From the NCBI RefSeq assembly GCF_009914755.1, contig NC_060944.1: 64,000 nucleotides of DNA; one strand, given 5' to 3'. How positions within the stretch are numbered: position 1 is the stretch's first letter; every line of letters starts with the position of its first letter. The DNA comes from the human T2T-CHM13v2.0 reference genome, Homo sapiens. Under the pieces are notes generated by a model. It had not been told where the DNA came from, ran no database searches, and saw nothing but the letters and a program-made list of their open reading frames with translations. The translations under genes and the position numbers were made by a program. This document shows, in pieces, positions 60,340 through 64,000 of this stretch.

Positions 60340-61049
60340 TATAATGTTTTTTTTACAGCATTTATTTCTTGGCTTACTTTTTATTCCTGTTAATGTTGAT
60401 ATTGTACCATTTGGAAATTCAGCTATTTTATGTGTACACACATATGTGGGCACTTTCTACTTAGTCTGTTTCTACAGTGATATCTATCTTTCTGTGGATA
60501 TTTATGACAGATAGGCAGACATTCAAATGCAGAATACATCAAGGTATTTGTTGGACTAGATAATATCAATATCACATGGAATAGGTTTGCTTGCTTGTTT
60601 ATTTAATTCAATCGCATATGTTGAGAGTACAGTGTGTGCCAGGCAATGCATTGTGTTCTGGGATCCCACACAGGGATAAAGACCTCATAATGGTGGGAGG
60701 TAGATGGTTTGCCTGCAATAATCACATCAGACAATATGTTGACTGATAGTCCAGTGTCATCAACAATGTGTCGAGGGAGCACAGGGATGGAAATAATTTG
60801 TTTTGCAGGGACTTGAGGGTGAATGTGGGAGCAGAGATGAGGAAGAACACGCAGAGAAAGTAGAATTTGGTCTAGGCCTTGAAGAGAGTTGTATTTCATA
60901 TGAGGGGGAGCGAGTCAAAACACTGAATCACCAGGGTACTTTGCTTCTTTAGTGAATGGGAAATATTATAGTGCACGTGGCAAGTAGTGAGTAGTGATTA
61001 CGGAGCAGGAAAGTTTAAGCTGGAAGAGCTCAGTCATTCTGGGTTGTAT

Positions 61050-61090
61050 GCACACACACGCGCACACACACACACACACGTACACACACA
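61050..61090. repeat. Interrupted (CA)n microsatellite
   Basis: Direct reading. Confidence 0.9.
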
Positions 61091-61769
61091 GAGGCAGTGG
61101 CATGGAGGATCATTTGGAAGCTGGAGAAAGTAAAAATCACTAGAGTTGAGGATACAGATGAGAATCTGAGCAATGGGAGTAGTCTGAACAATAGGAACGT
61201 GGGACCGACATAAGAAAGGGATGGAATTGATGACAAATTTAATGTGGGAAATAAGGAAGAGGAAGAAGCAAAGATGATATGGAAGGGTCTAGCTTGTGTG
61301 ACCAGATGGAAAGTGACTCATTAATGGAAGAGTATTAGGATGGAGAAATTGTTTTATTTTTAAAATAATTTCCAGTGTAGTGATGAAAAGAAAAAGTTAC
61401 TGAATTTTATTTTGAACATACTGAGTTTGAGGAGCCTGCTTAACTATTTAGGTGGAAATGTCACTTTACCTAAGGAAAATGAGTTTGGGCTCTGAAAAGA
61501 GAGAAGTACATGTCACCAGGCCGGGGGTGGGGTGGGGGATGATTGAAGCCAAGGGAGGAGATGTGCTTGTTCAGGGAGAGATGCACAGACAAATCAGGTT
61601 CCTGAAAAACAGAAACATTTAATGCATGATGGGAGGGATCTATTGTCTTGCTGAAGAATGATAAGTGAGATGCAGGGAGAAAACTTGGAGGACACTTTAT
61701 TGAAAATTAAAGGACAAATGTTTCTGGAGGGAAGAGGCAACAAAATAATAGATGGAGATTTTTTAATAC

Positions 61770-62031
61770 GTGCCTTAGTGTTCTTGCCCTTGAATTGGTA
61801 CAACCCTGAAGCACATTGCATACAGTCTTCCAGAATCCCCTGCAGGATTCAGCCCCAGTTGCCCATAGTGAAGGACTTGTACTTTATAACACCTTTCATT
61901 GCCTTCCATCCCTTCTCTGTCTCACTTCTCAACTTCCCTCTTGGTGCCTTCTGGGGTCACCTCAGGATAACCTACTTGCAACCAAATCCTTGCATCAGGA
62001 TCTACTTCTGGGAGACAAAATACCTAAGACA
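61770..62031 (+). mobile_element. LTR16-type ERVL LTR 3' part
   Basis: gccccagttgcccatagtg...ctacttgcaaccaaatccttgcatcagg..cctaagaca. Confidence 0.7.
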
Positions 62032-62392
62032 AAATAGAATTTTGGTTTCTTTCTTCCTAAGAATGGACTGGAATGGGTTAGAAGGAAGATGAACTGTGGA
62101 AAGAGAGAGCTAAGAATGACAGGGTGGGGAAATAATTGAATACGTAGTCCGGTGTCATGAGCAATGTGTCAAGGGAGCAGAGGGATGGAAATAATTTGTT
62201 AAATTATTAACAACTAAATAATTGGAGTTGGAGGATTAGGGGCTTTTCCTCTCTGGAGAAACACAGGAAAAGATTGGAGTGAAGGCACATAATGTTAGTG
62301 GTGTGATCATTCTTGATCATTCATCCTGTCATTTCTCATAGAAGGAGACAGAATTGTTTACTGAACTCAGGCATCTTCATAAGCACCCTAGG

Positions 62393-62750
62393 TGATATAG
62401 TTTGGATGTTTGTCCTGGGCTCCAATCTCGGGTTGAATTGTAATCCCCAGTGCTGGAGATGGGGCCTGGTGGAAGGTGTTTGGCTCATGGGGGCAGATCC
62501 CTCATGGCTTGGTGTTGTCTTTGTGGCACCTCCTTCCACCCAACCTTGCTCCCACCATGTGAGATGCTGGCTTCCCCTTTTGCTTTCCACCATGATTGAA
62601 AGCTCCCTGAGGCTTCCCCAGAAGCCAAGCAGATGCTGGCACATGCTTCGGGTACGGCCTGCAGAACCGTGAGCCAATTAAGCCTCTTTTCTTTATAAAA
62701 TACCCAGTCTCAGGTATTTCTTTATAGCAATGCAAGAACAGCCTAATACA
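62393..62750 (+). mobile_element. MST (MSTB-like) solo LTR
   Basis: tgatatagtttggatgtttgtcc...cagcctaataca; TSD ctagg / ctggg. Confidence 0.9.
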
Positions 62751-63269
62751 CTGGGATAGTCCATTCATTCTAAGTCTGTTGTTATTCAACAAATATTTAT
62801 AAATCATATCCTATGTGTCACACCTATGATTTTCTGCCTTAAATAATAGGGTTCCCTTTCATCATTTTTTTTCCTTGCCACTTATTTGACAATACTGGTT
62901 GCTTCTGCTTTCTGACATTGAATTCAGTTAATCTTATTCTGCTTTTGCCATCTGTGATAATAAGTTATTATCCTAGAAATATGTTTTGAATTTAAACTGA
63001 ATATCCATCTTGAAGTTGCCTTAAATTCTTTATGATAAAATCCATTTAGCATAATAATCCGAAAAGACAGAGTGAAAAAAACATTATTTAAAATAGTTGA
63101 TTTAATGTTGTTATGAAATATAACAGGACTCTTGAAAAGGTGATTAATATTCTTACACATGTTGAAACAGAACAATATGAGTTTTTTCTTATCTACTTTT
63201 CTTATCTGGTCTTCTCTGGCTTCTAACTTTATTAGCATTCGTATATTTTATTAATTAAAAGTCTTCTTG

Positions 63270-63900
63270 ATATACATTCTGTGAAATACTTATACAAAAA
63301 CAAATATCAAACCTGAAATTCTTCAAGCTTCTCGATCCAGCTACTGATTTATTGAAAACACTGAGAAGAGAAATGTATGATTAAATGATGTAGGATGAAA
63401 TTTGTCCATACTATACTATAGGAAGTAGGAAAATCTTCAGGACAATCAATCTGGTTTAGTCAACAAATAAATTCCAAGAAAAAAATAAGACAGAAGGGGA
63501 AACAATAGTTTAGAACACATACAGCTCATCTTAAACAATTCCAATGTATGGCTTTCATTTAGATTGGGATTTTTAAAATTATGGCACTTGTGAGATAATT
63601 TGAATATTGAGTATTTGATGATATTTAGGAATTACTATTAATTTGCTTTAGGTATTTTAGTTATTTGCAAAAGAGGGAAACTACACCGTTAGAGATACAT
63701 TCTGAATTATTTACAGGTATAATTATATGATATCTGGGACTGGATTAAAGTAGAATAGGGGCACGGGAGAAGGGGTTGGGGTTGGATAGGATGACCACGA
63801 ATGAATGGTTTTTGAGGCTGGTTTATGGCTTTGAGTGTGCATTATACTATTAAGTTTACTTTTGTGTATATTCAAAATTATCCATGATAAAAATGGAAAA
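63270..63900 (+). mobile_element. L1ME3/4-type 3'UTR
   Basis: ttagagatacattctgaattatttacagg..atgatatctggga...cattatactatt..ttttgtgtat. Confidence 0.65.
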
Positions 63901-64000
63901 AATTAAATTAATATATAGGTAGATCATCCTCAGTGTATGAATAAATTATAGTTTATTTTTTCCAATAAAAACTTTGTTATGTAATAGCATGGTTTCTTAA

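Larger units (their letters stand above)
60598..62330 (-). mobile_element. L2, interrupted by a (CA)n repeat and an LTR
   Basis: atttaattcaatcgcatatgttgagagtacagtgtgtgccaggc...tttgaacatactgagtttgagg..aggtggaaatgtc. Confidence 0.65.

Noticed and set aside
61518-61540. G-rich run as a G-quadruplex
   Set aside because: Only three clear runs of three or more G close together, inside an L2 remnant.
61658-62092. 144-aa ORF
   Set aside because: It runs through an LTR16-type LTR; no protein similarity recognised.
62924-63238. 104-aa minus-strand ORF in AT-rich sequence
   Set aside because: No family recognised and composition mirrors AT bias; unsupported without BLAST.

Overview
Primate (most likely human) euchromatic, AT-rich, CpG-poor intronic DNA. 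The only protein-coding sequence I can support is one 78-nt internal exon at 8259-8336 (+), [27 protein letters not shown] recognise it from memory as the second coding exon (N-terminal PH domain) of phospholipase C beta 1, PLCB1. The ORF track misses it. The rest is intron, roughly half of it recognisable transposon debris: Alu J/S/Y, L1PA/PB/M, L2, MIR, THE1/MST/MLT1/LTR16-33 LTRs, hAT MITEs and MADE1/MADE2. Nearly all long ORFs in the track are TE-derived or chance. The most unusual structure is a 170-bp, ungapped, about 95%-identical inverted repeat (28280-28449 / 28931-29100) of apparently non-TE sequence around a 481-bp spacer. Other notable items are several short locally templated duplications, an antisense THE1 provirus whose 3' LTR has lost its poly(A)-signal region, an Alu/MADE1 chimera, and a young AluYa-lineage insertion. 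I find no evidence for a new multi-gene system. Repeat subfamily names are by-eye recognition, and boundaries of old repeats are approximate.
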